Shown here in pieces: positions 10,955 through 23,423 of a stretch of 64,000 bases of DNA. The translations under genes and the position numbers were made by a program. The stretch's first letter is position 1; each line of letters opens with the position of its first letter. The notes under the pieces were generated by a model, which was not told the DNA's origin, searched no databases, and saw nothing but the letters and a program-made list of their open reading frames with translations. Source of the stretch: Azolla caroliniana (lineage: Eukaryota; Plantae; Polypodiophyta); contig JBHGNT010000001.1 in assembly GCA_043228905.1 (NCBI GenBank), forward strand, positions 13,392,001 through 13,456,000. Direction: 5' to 3'.

Positions 10955-13900
10955 TGTATTAGAGATCTAAGTACTAAAGTAAGCTTAAGATAAGGATAAA
11001 CAAATGATAGATAGAAAGGAGAAAGAGAAAGAAGGGTGTCGATCCACCGGACCACCCCCGAGCGAAGGGATCGAGACAGACTCGACCCTCGATCGGCGTC
11101 CCATACCACCGCCGTACCTGGTGCTGGCGCGCTCGCTACAAGAGTTGACCCACCACAAGAGCAGAGTGTCGATGTAGTCAAAAGATGATCAAATGAGGGT
11201 AGCTAGGCCTCTTATTTATAGCGATACCCAAGGCCCCCAAGCAAGTTCACACTTGACCTAATGGGTTGTCTCAATCCTGAGCATTAAAAGTAATCCTCCC
11301 CTTCTTTACACTCTCGTTTAACCCTCACACTTATCCACGTGTATAGAATACTACGGTAAATTCTCACCACGGGATATTAAATGGTCATGCCCGTAACATA
11401 CTTCCCCTCTTTAAAACATTGCACTCTTGCAATGGAAAGTTAGGGAAATTAGTTCTGAAAGTATTTTCGCGTTCCCATGTGGCATCTTTTATTGATTTAT
11501 CCATCCATTTTATTTTAAATTCTCGGATTTCTTTAGTATGTAATTTTTTTGTTTTAACATCAAAAATTCTTTCTGGTACATGTGGTTTAGAAGATAATTC
11601 TTCAGAAGTAACCAGAGTTTCAGTTGTAACTGTATTGTCGCCAGAACCTAGAAGTTCTTTTAAACGACTCACATGGAAGACTGGATGAATTCCAACACCA
11701 TCGGGAAGAGCAAGACGATAGGCTGATGACCCAATGCGTTTGACGACTGTAAAAGGTCCACAAAACCGTGGGGCTAACTTAGCGCACTTACCCCTAGACA
11801 ATGTCTTAGAATTGTGAGGTACACGTAAAAATACCTTCTGTCCAGGGTTGAATACACGAGGTTGCCTATGATGATCGGCATAAAAACGCGCTCTATCTTG
11901 AGCTGTTTTTATATTATCTCGTGCAATATGCAACATATCTTGCATATCCCGAAGAAAGTTTTGCGTACTTCGCAACTCATCATGATGTATATTAACATCA
12001 ATCGGGGCTCGTGGCTGAAAACCATACATCAACATAAAAGGACTATATCCCGTCGACGTATGCTTGGAGCTGTTATAAGCAAATTCCAAAATTGGGAGAT
12101 AACGTTCCCATTTTGTTGGTTTTGCACCAACGTATGCTCGAAGCATGTCCTCAATAATTTGATTTACTCGTTCTGTCTGTCCATCGGATTGAGGATGATC
12201 CGTGGAGCTCATGGTCAATGTAGTTTCTAACTTCTTAAAGACTTGCGTCCAGAAGTCACTAGTAAACTTTGGATCTCGATCACTCATGATATCCATCGGT
12301 AACCCATAAAAACGAAACAATTCGTCAACGAATTGGTAAGCCAATTCAGGAGCTGTTACCATGGTTTTAGTAGCTATAAATCTGGCCATTTTAGTTAGTC
12401 GTGACCTTTTTGGGTGCGAGGAAGGCTAACAATAAAATCCATGGATATACTTTCCCACTTATTATTGGGAATGTCCAAGGGATGTGAAAGTCCTGCGGCT
12501 TTAAGTCGCTCGGCTTTGTTAACCTGACACTGGTGACATTTAGTCACATAGCTATGTATGTCAGGATGCATCTTAGGCCAATAAAATTGAGTGGAGATGA
12601 GAACGAGTGTACGATGTATTCCAGGGTGCCCTGCTGAGGGTGCATCATGGCATTCAAAAAGAATCCTCTTTTTGACCTTGGGTAAATCTGGAACACAAAC
12701 CTTCCCATTAAGGTAGAGCAAACCGTTAGCAATGTGGAAGTATTCCTTCGAGGATGTGGTGGTGTCTATTCCAGACTCAACTCTTGCCCAGTATTTTGCA
12801 AAATAACTGTCATCAGGATACTTTCCTCGAAGGTGATCATAAAGATCTGATGTTATTTCAGTGAAGCTAAGCATGTTAACTTCACGGATGTGACTTAGTG
12901 CATCAGCGACAATGTTCATGGAACCTTTACGATACCGTATGGAAAAATCAAAGTCCTGGATGAGATCAGCCCATCGTGCCTTACGACCTTTTAGGTCTTG
13001 TTGGTCACAAAAATATTTCAAGGACTCGTGGTCCGTAGTTACCACAAAGCGATTTCCATAAAGATAATGGCGACATGTTTTGAGCGCATGTATAACTGCA
13101 AATAATTCCTTTTCTTGAACGGTATACCGAGATTGAGCAGAATCAAGTTTCTTACTCTCGAATGCTATTGGTTTACCATCTTGATACAAGACAGCACCTA
13201 TAGCATAATCTCTTGCATCGGTTTCAACCTCAAAAGGTTTTGAAGGATCAGGTAAAAGAAGTGAAGGAACCTTGCAAACCAAGTACTTGAGTTCCTTAAA
13301 GGCGAGGTCTAGTGTAGCATTCCACACAATAGGTTTTGTAGACTTACGCGTTTGACCTTTTAAAAGATCAGTAAACGGTGTCGTCAATTGGGAGTAATTA
13401 CGAAGAAACTTTTGCAAAAACCCGACAAAACCAAGGAATGATCGAACTTCTCGAATATTCCGAAGAGTGGGCCAAAGCTTGATTTTCTCAATGCGAGAAG
13501 GATCAATTTCAACTCCTCGTTCGGTTATGAGATGTCCTAGATAAGTAATTGATTTCTTGAAGAACTCACATTCTGAGATCTTTGTATAAAACTGTTTGTC
13601 ACGCAATGTTTGTAAAACAAAGCGGACATGTCTAGCATGTTCTTGTAATGTACGGCTATAAACTAAAATATCATCCAAGAAAATAACGACAAATTTTCCA
13701 AGTTGTTCTCGGAAAATGTCATTCATTTCTTGTTGAAAAGTAGCCGAAGCATTGGTCAAACCAAAAGGCATAACCAAAAACTCGTAATGGCCATAGCGCG
13801 TACGAAATGCCGTTTTAGGAACATCGTCCTCACTTATTCGTATTTGATGGTAGCCAGTACGGAGATCAAGTTTCGTAAAATACCGAGCTCCTTGGAGACG

Positions 13901-15996
13901 GTCAATTAGATCGTCAGCCCGGGGCAATGGGTACGAATTCTTGATCGTCACTTTATTCAAGCGTCGGTAATTAATACACATACGCCATGTGCCCTCTTTC
14001 TTTTTAACCAAGAGAACTGGTGCACCCCATGGAGATTTACTATACCGTATATAACCCATTCATAAATAGTCCTTGAGTTGCTTAGATACCTCATCTTCTT
14101 CGGATTGACTTAAGCGATACGGAGGTATACTTATTGGTGCAACACCAGGTACAATATCTATACGATGGTCTATATTACGTTTAGGAGGTAACCCATCAGG
14201 TAGTTCACTTGGAAAAACATCATGAAAAACATTTAAGATTTCATCAAATTGTTGTTGTTCAAAATATGTTAATTGAACCGGGACATTATCGATATTGTAA
14301 ATGTGAATGTCCGGATAAGTACACAATAAAATAATGTAGAACAAGACAACTCGGATATTGATGGACATGAGGAAACAATCGAGAGGGATTGTTTTTTTAC
14401 ACATTGAATAAAATGCGTACAATCGTTCAGTACAAAAGAAATGGAATGACGAACCCAATCAATAAATAAAGAAGAGTTTTTATTATAAAACCAGGGATAA
14501 CCCAGTATTACATCGGTGGTACAAAGATTCATTACATGGAAGTCTACTTCCTCTATATAAGTATCAATAGAAATTCCTAATGAATGAATCGCCTCGTTGA
14601 TGTATTGTACTCTTCCATCAGCCAAGTGCACCTTGTAGGTGTGATCACTTATGGTGGGTTGGATTCCCCATATCTGAACCAAACGATCATTCACAAAATT
14701 GTGTGAGCTTCCCGAATCAAATAAAAATTGTACGGGAGATCCATTGATATACCCGTTTGCACGTAGTAAATCATTGGGACCTAATACATAGTGAGGGAAA
14801 GAACATTGACAATTACTTAAATGATGTGTATAGACCTGAAGGACATTAGGAATCTGACCTTTATGGTCTGTAGCTTTAGCTTTGTTGTCGTGCTCTTTCT
14901 GTTGGAGCTTTCGACATTGATCTTTTGTATGACCCTTCTTTTTGCAGAATACACAAAAAGGATGTTGTCGCTTACAATCGTGATCCAGGAATTCGTTGGG
15001 TGTCTTGCGTTTCCCAACAAATTGCGACTACTTAGTCCCGGGCGCTTCGTTGGGTTTGTTATGGTCCTTCTTCGAAGTGCGTTGATAGCGAAGAACTATT
15101 TCAACAGCCTCTTCGAAGGATTTTGGATCCTTATCGTGCACTATCCAGTGATAGTCCGAATTGGGGATGCCATTGACAAAACAAGCTATCAACCAATTGT
15201 CCCCTTCTAGACCCGATTTTTGGATTTGGGTTCTAGCATGGTGAACATAGTCTTCTAGCGAGGAAAATTTCTTGCTAGAGAGGTTCATTAAAGCTTGTGC
15301 TGCCTCGGTTCGAGAGGGAGGTTGCAGAAATTGGCCCTTAAAAACCGTGACAAAATCTGTCCAGGTATCGGGCAATTTCCCCATAGTACGGAGCCCACGC
15401 CACCAGGCGGCGGCCTTACCCCCAAGTTCTCGGCCGACATATGCAATCTTCGTACTATCTGGCGTGGGATAGAGCTCAAAATGAGACTCCCATCGTCCCA
15501 GCCATGTGCAGATTGCTTCTTCGGTTCTTTCCTTTTTGTCTCCCGTAAATGGCTTAACGACAAATGATGGTTCACCTTGTCGCTCATCAGGTCTATTAGT
15601 CTCACGTTGTAGACTAATGACACGTGCCTCGAGAGCACTTTGAGATTGCCGAAGTTCGGTCATCTGTTGAGCGGTGAAACTAAGGTATTGGGTTATTTGT
15701 GCCAAATACATCTCAGTGGACATTTGTCCAGGAGGATTCCATTGAGTTCCTTCCGCTTGAGCGGATGACATCGGGTCGTTAACTTGAGCCATTAAAGATT
15801 ATTTCTGGAAAAGAAATAGGATAAGGTCAGAGAGATAGTCATAACATCATGTTGTGATGTAAACATATCATGGGCAAACATTAATCGATATCATGATCTC
15901 ACGTCAATAGCCCTCTAGACGTATGAGATGAGGTTCAAGATCAGGTTACTATGGTAACACAAAGGTGTTTTAAAAACCATGGGGGTGACAAATAAA
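10955..15996 (-). mobile_element. Element C: Ty3/gypsy chromovirus, 5' LTR lost
   Basis: 3' LTR 10955-11398 (TG..CA) and PPT tacttcccctct 11399-11410. Gag 15028-15792; protease (FLFDSGSSHNF, ~14700); [12 protein letters not shown] and RNase H in 12395-14059; integrase with GPF and chromodomain in 11385-12389. Confidence 0.9.
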
Positions 15997-18139
15997 CCAT
16001 GAAGATAATATCTCGACTCCGGAATACCTTATTGTCGACCGGGTCCCACACTCGGTAGCCGAACTCATCGTCACCGTAACCGAGGAATATGCATGGCCGG
16101 GTCTTTGGATCTAACTTTCCTCTCCAGTCCTTAGCTACATGCACGTACACGAGACACCCGAATACCTTCAGATGCCGGTAGGACACTTCCTTACCGGTCC
16201 AAACTCTCTGTGGCGTGTCTCCGTCCAAGGGTACTGAGGGTGATCTGTTTTTCACGTATGTCGCTGTTGACAGTGCCTCAGCCCAAAACTTCTTGGGTAG
16301 TCTTGCATGCACTAGCATACTCCGGACCCTCTCCATTATGGTCCGGTTCATCCTCTCGGCCAGTCCGTTTAGTTCCGGCGTTTTCGGCACGGTAAATTCG
16401 AGCCGGATTCCCTTCGAGCGGCAGTACTCCTCGAACTGCCCCCGGTATTCTCCTCCGTTATCTGCTCGAACCGCCTTCAGCCTCCGGCCGGTTTCTCTTT
16501 CCACTCTCGCATGGAGCTCTTTGAAGACGGATAGCACCTGATCCTTCGTCTTCAACGGTGTGGCCCACAGCTTCCGGCTGTGGTCATATATGAACGTCAT
16601 GAAGTACTGCGCTCCGGCATGTGACTTCGTGTCTACTTGACACACATCCGTATGCACCAACTCCAGTGGTGCATTACGTCTCATCAGTGGCCTTGGTCGG
16701 AAGGAGGTCCGGTTTTGCTTACCGGCCAGACAATCAGTGCACTTCTCTAAGTGCATGTTCTTCACTGGAATGAGGTTGTCGTCTGCAAGCCTCTTCATCC
16801 CCTTCTCGCTCATATGACACAGCCTCTTGTGCCACAGCTCACCGGCAGTGTCGGAAACCACGTTCACTTCTTCTGGGCATAACTGGGCATTCATCAGGTA
16901 CAGTGTGTTTACCTTCCGGGCCCGAGCCACAATCAGGCTCCCTTTGCTGAACTTCATGACACCGTTCCGGATGCTACCCATGTAGCCCTCATCATCTAGC
17001 CAACTGGCTGATATCAGGTTCAGTCGAACCTCCGGAACGTGTCGGACATCCCTCAGCAGCAACTTGCATCCGGTTGGTGTCGACAGCCACACGTCTCCTA
17101 TGCCGACAATTCGGCATGTACCTTCATTCCCCATCCGGACATAGTCGTGATCACTGGCTGAGTAGGATGAGAAGCATTTCCGGTCCGGGGTAAGGTGGAA
17201 CGATGCTCCAGAGTCTACCACCCAGTTCATCTCGTCGCCGGCAAGGTTTATCTCACTCTCCTCGGTGATGAGCATCAACTCTTCTTCACTTGCCGCGATT
17301 GCCATCGTTTCCTTCCGGTCCGTTCCCCTCTGGTCCTTACCGTTCTGGTCCGAGGTCCGTTTCGAATCGGTACCGTCGGTTTCCTTGTCTTTACAGAAAT
17401 GCCGACAGTTCTTTTGGAAGTGTCCCGGCTTGCCGCAATAGAAGCAAGTGGGCCTCCCCCTTGACTTTGACCGTGTCCCCAACTTCTCCCGGTTCTGGGG
17501 ACTATGGTTTCTATGTCTTCCGCGTTCCGATTCGGTAAGGAGCGCTTTGGAGTCGGAGCTCGTATCTTTATCTTTCCGACGCGCCTCCTCATCTAGCGAG
17601 CTCGACTTTACTCTTACTAGGGATAACTGCTTTCCTTCCGGCCCGGCGTTGCCCAAAGTGACAACCAACGTCTCCCAGCTATCCGGGAGGGAACCGAGCA
17701 AGAGTAGCGCTAGTACCTCATCGGGGAGAGGTACTTCCAATGAAGTTGCCTGGTGGATCAGCCCCTGGAAGGCATTCATGTGCTCCGCCATGCTGGAGCC
17801 ATCTTGGTACCGGAGTCTTACTAGCTTCCGGAATACCGAAACCTGATTAACAACATTTTTGTTTTGAAACATTATGCCGATCTTCTCCCAGAGCTCATGA
17901 GCCTTGCTCTCTTCATTGAAGTTGTTGTATAGGCTCATGTCGATGAAGCACCGTATGTACGCCGTTGTCTTCATGTGCATCACCTCCCATATCGCGGCGT
18001 CGATTTCGTCCGGTCTCTTGTCTCCGAACTGAACCGACAGCCAGAGGTCTTTAACCACGAGCATGTCCCTCATCTTCGACTTCCACACTGAATAATTGGA
18101 GCTGGTGAGCTTGAACATGCCGCCAAACGATTCGTCCAT
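15997..18139 (-). CDS. Element B1 gag-protease-integrase, open frame truncated by deletion
   Basis: ORF 15941-18232. True start MDESFGG follows the PBS; CFYCGKPGHFQKNC, WVVDSGAS, LNGLAERMNRT; breaks at SRDIIFM where gypsy C sequence begins. Confidence 0.88.
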
Positions 18140-18439
18140 TTTCTGTGTCGTTTCGCTCTGATACCACTTGACGGGAACTGAAACGCTCCCTATACGCAAC
18201 GCTCGGCCACAACCGAGCTTAGAATCATACACAGAAAACGGGAAATAAAGAATGACACAATGGAAGAGAAGAGTACGCAGGATGTTTATGTGGAAAACCC
18301 CAAACTAGGGGAAAAACCACGGCAGCCCATAGGCTGCAAACTATCACTAGGTTAGTATGTACAGCAGTGAGTTCACGGAGGCAACAACCTCGTGCTCACG
18401 ATCTTCGCCATAGGCAGCGGTTACAACAGAGGCAACAAC

Positions 18440-18481
<42 letters not shown>

Positions 18482-18483
<2 letters not shown>

Positions 18484-19510
18484 GAGCATACTATGCATTT
18501 GAGAACACATGCAATCTTGGAGATATTAAGTGTTGGGTCCTCAAGAAATATCTTTTTGACACTTTGGTGACACCAGTTCTTCTCTATGGGGTGGAAGTAT
18601 GGGGTGGTAGCATCCCTAAGTCTATGTGGAAAGAGTTTGAAAATGTCCAAAAGCATTTTCTTACGAAGTTTCTACAAGTTAAGAAACAAACGCCCTACAC
18701 CCTCCTCCTCCTTGAGACGGGATCGCTTCCCATTGAGATCATGGCCATGGAAAGGGTTGTTGAATACATGCTTAAGGTTCAAAAAAGTCCCTCACATCGA
18801 CTTCCTAGAATTGCGTGGGAAGCAAGCAAAAAGATCCAAAAGACGCATAAAAGCAAAATTTTATGTTCCGGTTGGATGCAAGATATAGAAAAATGGTTTG
18901 GTAGATGGGATGCGAGACACTTGCTTCATGATGCATCATTAGATTCCTCTGTAAATGAGGCATTTTTGCAACGCCAATGTATCATGACATGGGACAAATG
19001 TGGAGGCTCACGCTTCACACATTATACTACACATGTTGCACCTAACTACAAAACCATATTCTTTGCGGAACGGGGAAATCGTACACATCCATACATGTTA
19101 GAGCCCATACCGTTATCTGCCATTCGAACCATTGCTTCCATGCGACTTAGCTCACATGCATTGCGATGTGAAACAGGGCGTTGGGGTACAAGTGATGAGA
19201 GTGGTCGGCTATGCACACTTTGCCCTAAACAAGTTCGCGAGTCTGAGTATCACACTTTGATACAATGCTCTGCCTTTGATCATATTCGACCATGCTTTCC
19301 ACATCTCTTCGATCGAGCCCAATCTTTGCATGAATTCCTCTCACAACCACAATGTGCACTCTCGATTGCAACATTCATTGGTAAAGTTCTTGAACATCGA
19401 GAGTCACTACTCACTTTCACACGTATCACGTGAAATGTAATATTTTTGGTCTCATAGGTCATATTTGATCTCCGAAGACGATAATATAATCTATCTATCT
19501 ATCTATCTAT
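18482..19510 (+). mobile_element. 5'-truncated non-LTR retrotransposon (LINE; RTEX/CR1-L2-like ORF2 C-terminus) with (CTAT)n tail
   Basis: ORF 18564-19433 with PVLLYGVEVWG and RLSSHALRCETGRW..RLCTLC..ESEYHTLIQC; short 3' UTR; (CTAT)5 at 19491-19510; inserted in the (CT)n tract of the B1 5' LTR. Confidence 0.85.
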
Positions 19511-20032
19511 CTCTCTCTCTGTACACTATTGCGCGCTCTGATCTCACGTAGACAAGAAATAATAATAACAACAATTACTAAAAGTTTGCCCTAAGTCATA
19601 TTTATACTAATATGACTTTTCGACTATTTACAAATATAGCCTCGATGGACTCTCAGAAACATATTTACGAATATGTCTCTTCATCCGGTTCTTACCAGGT
19701 CTGCACCATCCGGCTCTCCGTAGCCGGGTACTCCTCATCCGGTTCATACCGGGTCTGCACCATCCGGCTCTCCGTAGCCGGGTACTCCTCATCCGGTTCA
19801 TATCGGGTCTGCACCATACGGCTCTCCGTAGCCGGGTACTCCTCATCCGGTTCATACCGGGTCTGCACCATCCGGCTCTCCGTAGTCGGGTCCTCCTCAT
19901 CCGGCTCATACCGGGTCTGCACCATCCGGCTCTCCGTAGCCGAGTCCTCCTCATACGGTTTCGGCCTCGGTCGAGCTTGTTCATCAGCATTGTTCTTCTC
20001 CCTTCCCATCCTGAGGGACCTGTCTCCCAACA

Positions 20033-20831
20033 GGATCATGGTATGCCTTATCGGCTCCGACTTCGGACCCCGACCCAATATCGAAGGATGAGGCTAGTGA
20101 GCCTGAACCAGTCCAGTTAGAAGAGGAAGGGTTCGAGACTCTAGATGTGAGTCCGGAATCGTTTCGGTTGAGCGGGCTGAACGAGTGGCTAAGTCAGGAT
20201 GACCAGTCGGATGAGGAACCAGCGAGTAGTGGAGACTCTCTCGTGCTCTCCCCGTGCAAGGAACCGAGGAGACGGTTCACGTGGAGAGAGATGGGGAAGA
20301 AGAAGATGCCGGAATATGAAACCGGCAACGTTGAGTTGGATTGGAGCGAATCCGACTCCGGAAAGGATGAAGGCGGATCTTCAGGAACAAATCCTGAACC
20401 GGCCAAGAAGGGCCTCAAACCGGGTAATGATAAGTCACGCCGGTCTTCCCGCTAAAAGAACCTCGCGAAGCGGTACGGGTACAATGAGTACATGGCGCAT
20501 CATTATTCGTACACGATCAAAGTGGCGGAAGTGCATGAGCCGGAGAGCTACGCAGAAGTGGTAATGGATGCAAGTTGGCGTGCCGCTATGGAGGAAGAAA
20601 TGCGGGCACTTGATGCCAATGACCCATGGGACCTAGTTGACCCTCCCCGACACTATAAACCAATCGGATGTAAGTGGGTGTACAAGGTAAAGTACAATGC
20701 CGATGGTTCGGTTAACCGGTACAAGGCCCGATTAGTCGCGAAGGGATACGCGCAGACCCACGAAATCGACTACGACGAGACCTTTGCTCTGGTAGCGAAG
20801 ATGACAACGGTTCGTGTGGTGTTGGCGGTTG
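20033..20831 (+). pseudogene. Element A integrase C-terminus and RT N-terminus
   Basis: EPESYAE..WRAAMEEEM..CKWVYKVK..RYKARLVAKGY; continues the frame broken at 5408. Confidence 0.88.
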
Positions 20832-21025
20832 TGTCGAATACGAGTGTATAATGGCCGTATTCACACTGTCCCTTTGGACAGCCCAAGTTTGGGCTATTTC
20901 TGTAAATAGCATAAACGGCAGTTGCCCTAAGATAGTCACTATATAAAGTGACTTTGTAACCTTTAGTTAAGGTGGTTGTTATTTTGTAACTGTTGCTATT
21001 GAGAAATATAACATTTCTTTTGTGC

Positions 21026-21075
<50 letters not shown>

Positions 21076-23213
21076 GTTGCTCATTCGCATACGCAGGTTC
21101 TTCACCATCACAAATGTTGTTTGTTCTTCCGCACTGACGACCTTGTTCCCCAACATTTGATATCAGAGCGTTGGAGGTCCTTCAACCTGCTGTCAGCCGT
21201 CATCGTACACCACAACATTCTGTTTTTGTAACTTCTTGAAGAACTTTGCATCTCACTATGTTAAATCACTAATTGGAGTAAGCTAGCCGGTTGTACTCTG
21301 TTCCTGTGATTGTAACCACTTGAGCGAGCTCCTTGTGCAACACCTGACCCAATCGTGCTTCATTCGGTTAAATGACATCCGAATAGGTCACCGGACGCTA
21401 TTCACCCGCTTGTTGTAACCACTTGCTGCAGATTGGTCTCCTAGCAACAACCAAATTCGTGCTTCATTCGGCTGATCGACATTCGGGAGGATCAGTTAGA
21501 TCCGTCCCTCTCATTGCTACCGTCATCCGAAGCAGAATCGTCCCAAACAATCGGTTTCTTGTAATCGGTATTCGGCATACAATCAGAAGTTAACCGGGCT
21601 CACTGCGACTCAGCAACATTCGGGAAGATCAGCCGGTTTTGTCCCTCATGTCACCGGAGTCATTCCGAGCAAGTTTAGCAACAAGTATCTGAAACCAAAC
21701 TGACTCGGGTTCAAAACCGACTAGAACGATATCGGGTGAGCAAACCGGCTACACCCCACTATGGTTCGTAGTCAACTCCGAACCGATTCTTACCAACCGA
21801 AACCGAATCAGACGAAATCAACATCCGGCTCATTGGAGATGAGTCTAAGGAAGTTTGACGGTTCGAACTTCAACTTCTGGAAGGAACAAATGCAAGACTA
21901 TCTCATAGTCAAGGGTCAGATAGACCCGATTGAGAATGAAAATCCTCTAGAAGCATACAAGGCAAACGAGTGGCTAAAGCTGGATAGAATCGTCCGCGCC
22001 ACGATTCGGATGCACTTGTCGGAGTCAGTGTACTTCACAGTGCAATCATGCTCAACAGCTTTTGAACTTTGGAAAACACTATCGGAAACTTATGAAAAGA
22101 AGGTCGCCGCAACGAAGATGTATCTGATCCGGCGCCTTTACAACTTGCGGATGAAAGAATCCGATTCGGTTCAGGCACACCTCAACGAGTACGAAAGCAT
22201 AAGCTCCCAAATCTCGTCTCAGGGGACGGCAATCAAGGATGAACTCAGAGCAATGATACTCATGAGTAGTCTCCCCTCTTCATGGGAAACTTTCGTTACA
22301 ACTGTGTGCAATGCTTCAACAACTATCGTTAAGTACTCCGAAGTCACGAGTGCAATCCTGACTAAAAGCAGCTCGGAGAAAGTCTTTCACCAAAGACTCA
22401 GCAGATGAAGCTTACGTAGTACAAGGTTCGACCGACCGATCGAACTACCGGGGAAGAAGTTCTTCCCGACCGCCGAACAATCAACGAAGCCGAAGCAAGT
22501 CCCGGGACAACCGAATTTGCAACTACTGCAAGAAACCGGGATACATCAAAGCCGATTGTCGAGCACTCAAAGCAAAAACTGACAAAACTCAGAGAGCGGA
22601 TCAGAAGAGTAGCTGGCATGAGGAGGTCAACTACGTCGGCTCTTCAGCCGAAATTTTGACGACCGACCCAAACATACTGTCCGTAGAGAACCAAGTCGAA
22701 TCAGAAGTTCTGTTTATGACTGAGGAATCGAGCACATGGCTCTTGGACTTGTTGCAAACAGCGCTCGGCCACAACCGAGGAATAGGATCAACTCACAGAA
22801 AACAGGAAATACAAAATGCTCTAAGACAATAGAGAGAAGAGTACACAGGATGTTTTACGTGGAAAACCCTAAATGGGAAAAAACCACGGGAGTCCTCAAA
22901 CTCCAACTATCACTATACACAGAGATGTACAATGGTGAAGCTACAAGGCAACAACCTTGAGCTCACTGTCTTCGCCACAGGCGGCGGCAATACACAGAGT
23001 CGTCGACCTCTTCCTTTCTCTCTCTCCCAGTCTCTCTCTGCTGCTCTCACTTCGCTCTCTCGGCTAAAACATAAAATGAGCAACAACACAAAAACTGTTT
23101 GCCCTAAGTCATATTTATACAACATATGACTTTCGGGCTATTTACAAATGTAGCCTAGAGAGCCCTTGGCAAACATATTCACAAATATGTCCCCGCTTCC
23201 GGATCTCTCTCCG

Positions 23214-23356
23214 GGGTCTTCATCATCCGGCTCCGTAGCCGGGTCTTCATCATCCGGCTCCGTAGCCGGGTCTTCATCATCCGGCTCAGTAGCCGGGTCT
23301 TCATCATCCGGCTCCGTAGCCGGGGTCTTCATCATCCGGCTCCGTAGCCGGGGTCT
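23214..23356 (-). repeat. 27-bp tandem repeat in U3 of the element E 3' LTR
   Basis: gggtcttcatcatccggctccgtagcc x5 here versus x1 in the other LTR; LTR length difference 664-556 = 108 = 4 x 27. Confidence 0.9.
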
Positions 23357-23423
23357 TCAATCCCGATTCCCGGACATCTGACCATCCCATCCGGAGGGAC
23401 CGTAATCCCAACAAACTCCCCCT

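Larger units (their letters stand above)
5409..20032 (-). mobile_element. Element B1: Ty1/copia (Tnt1/Tork-like), inserted in the integrase of A
   Basis: TSD GGATC at 5404-5408 and 20033-20037. 5' LTR 18169-20032 (carries the LINE); PBS gctctgatacca 18155-18166; 3' LTR remnant 5409-5691. RT/RNase H deleted. Confidence 0.88.
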
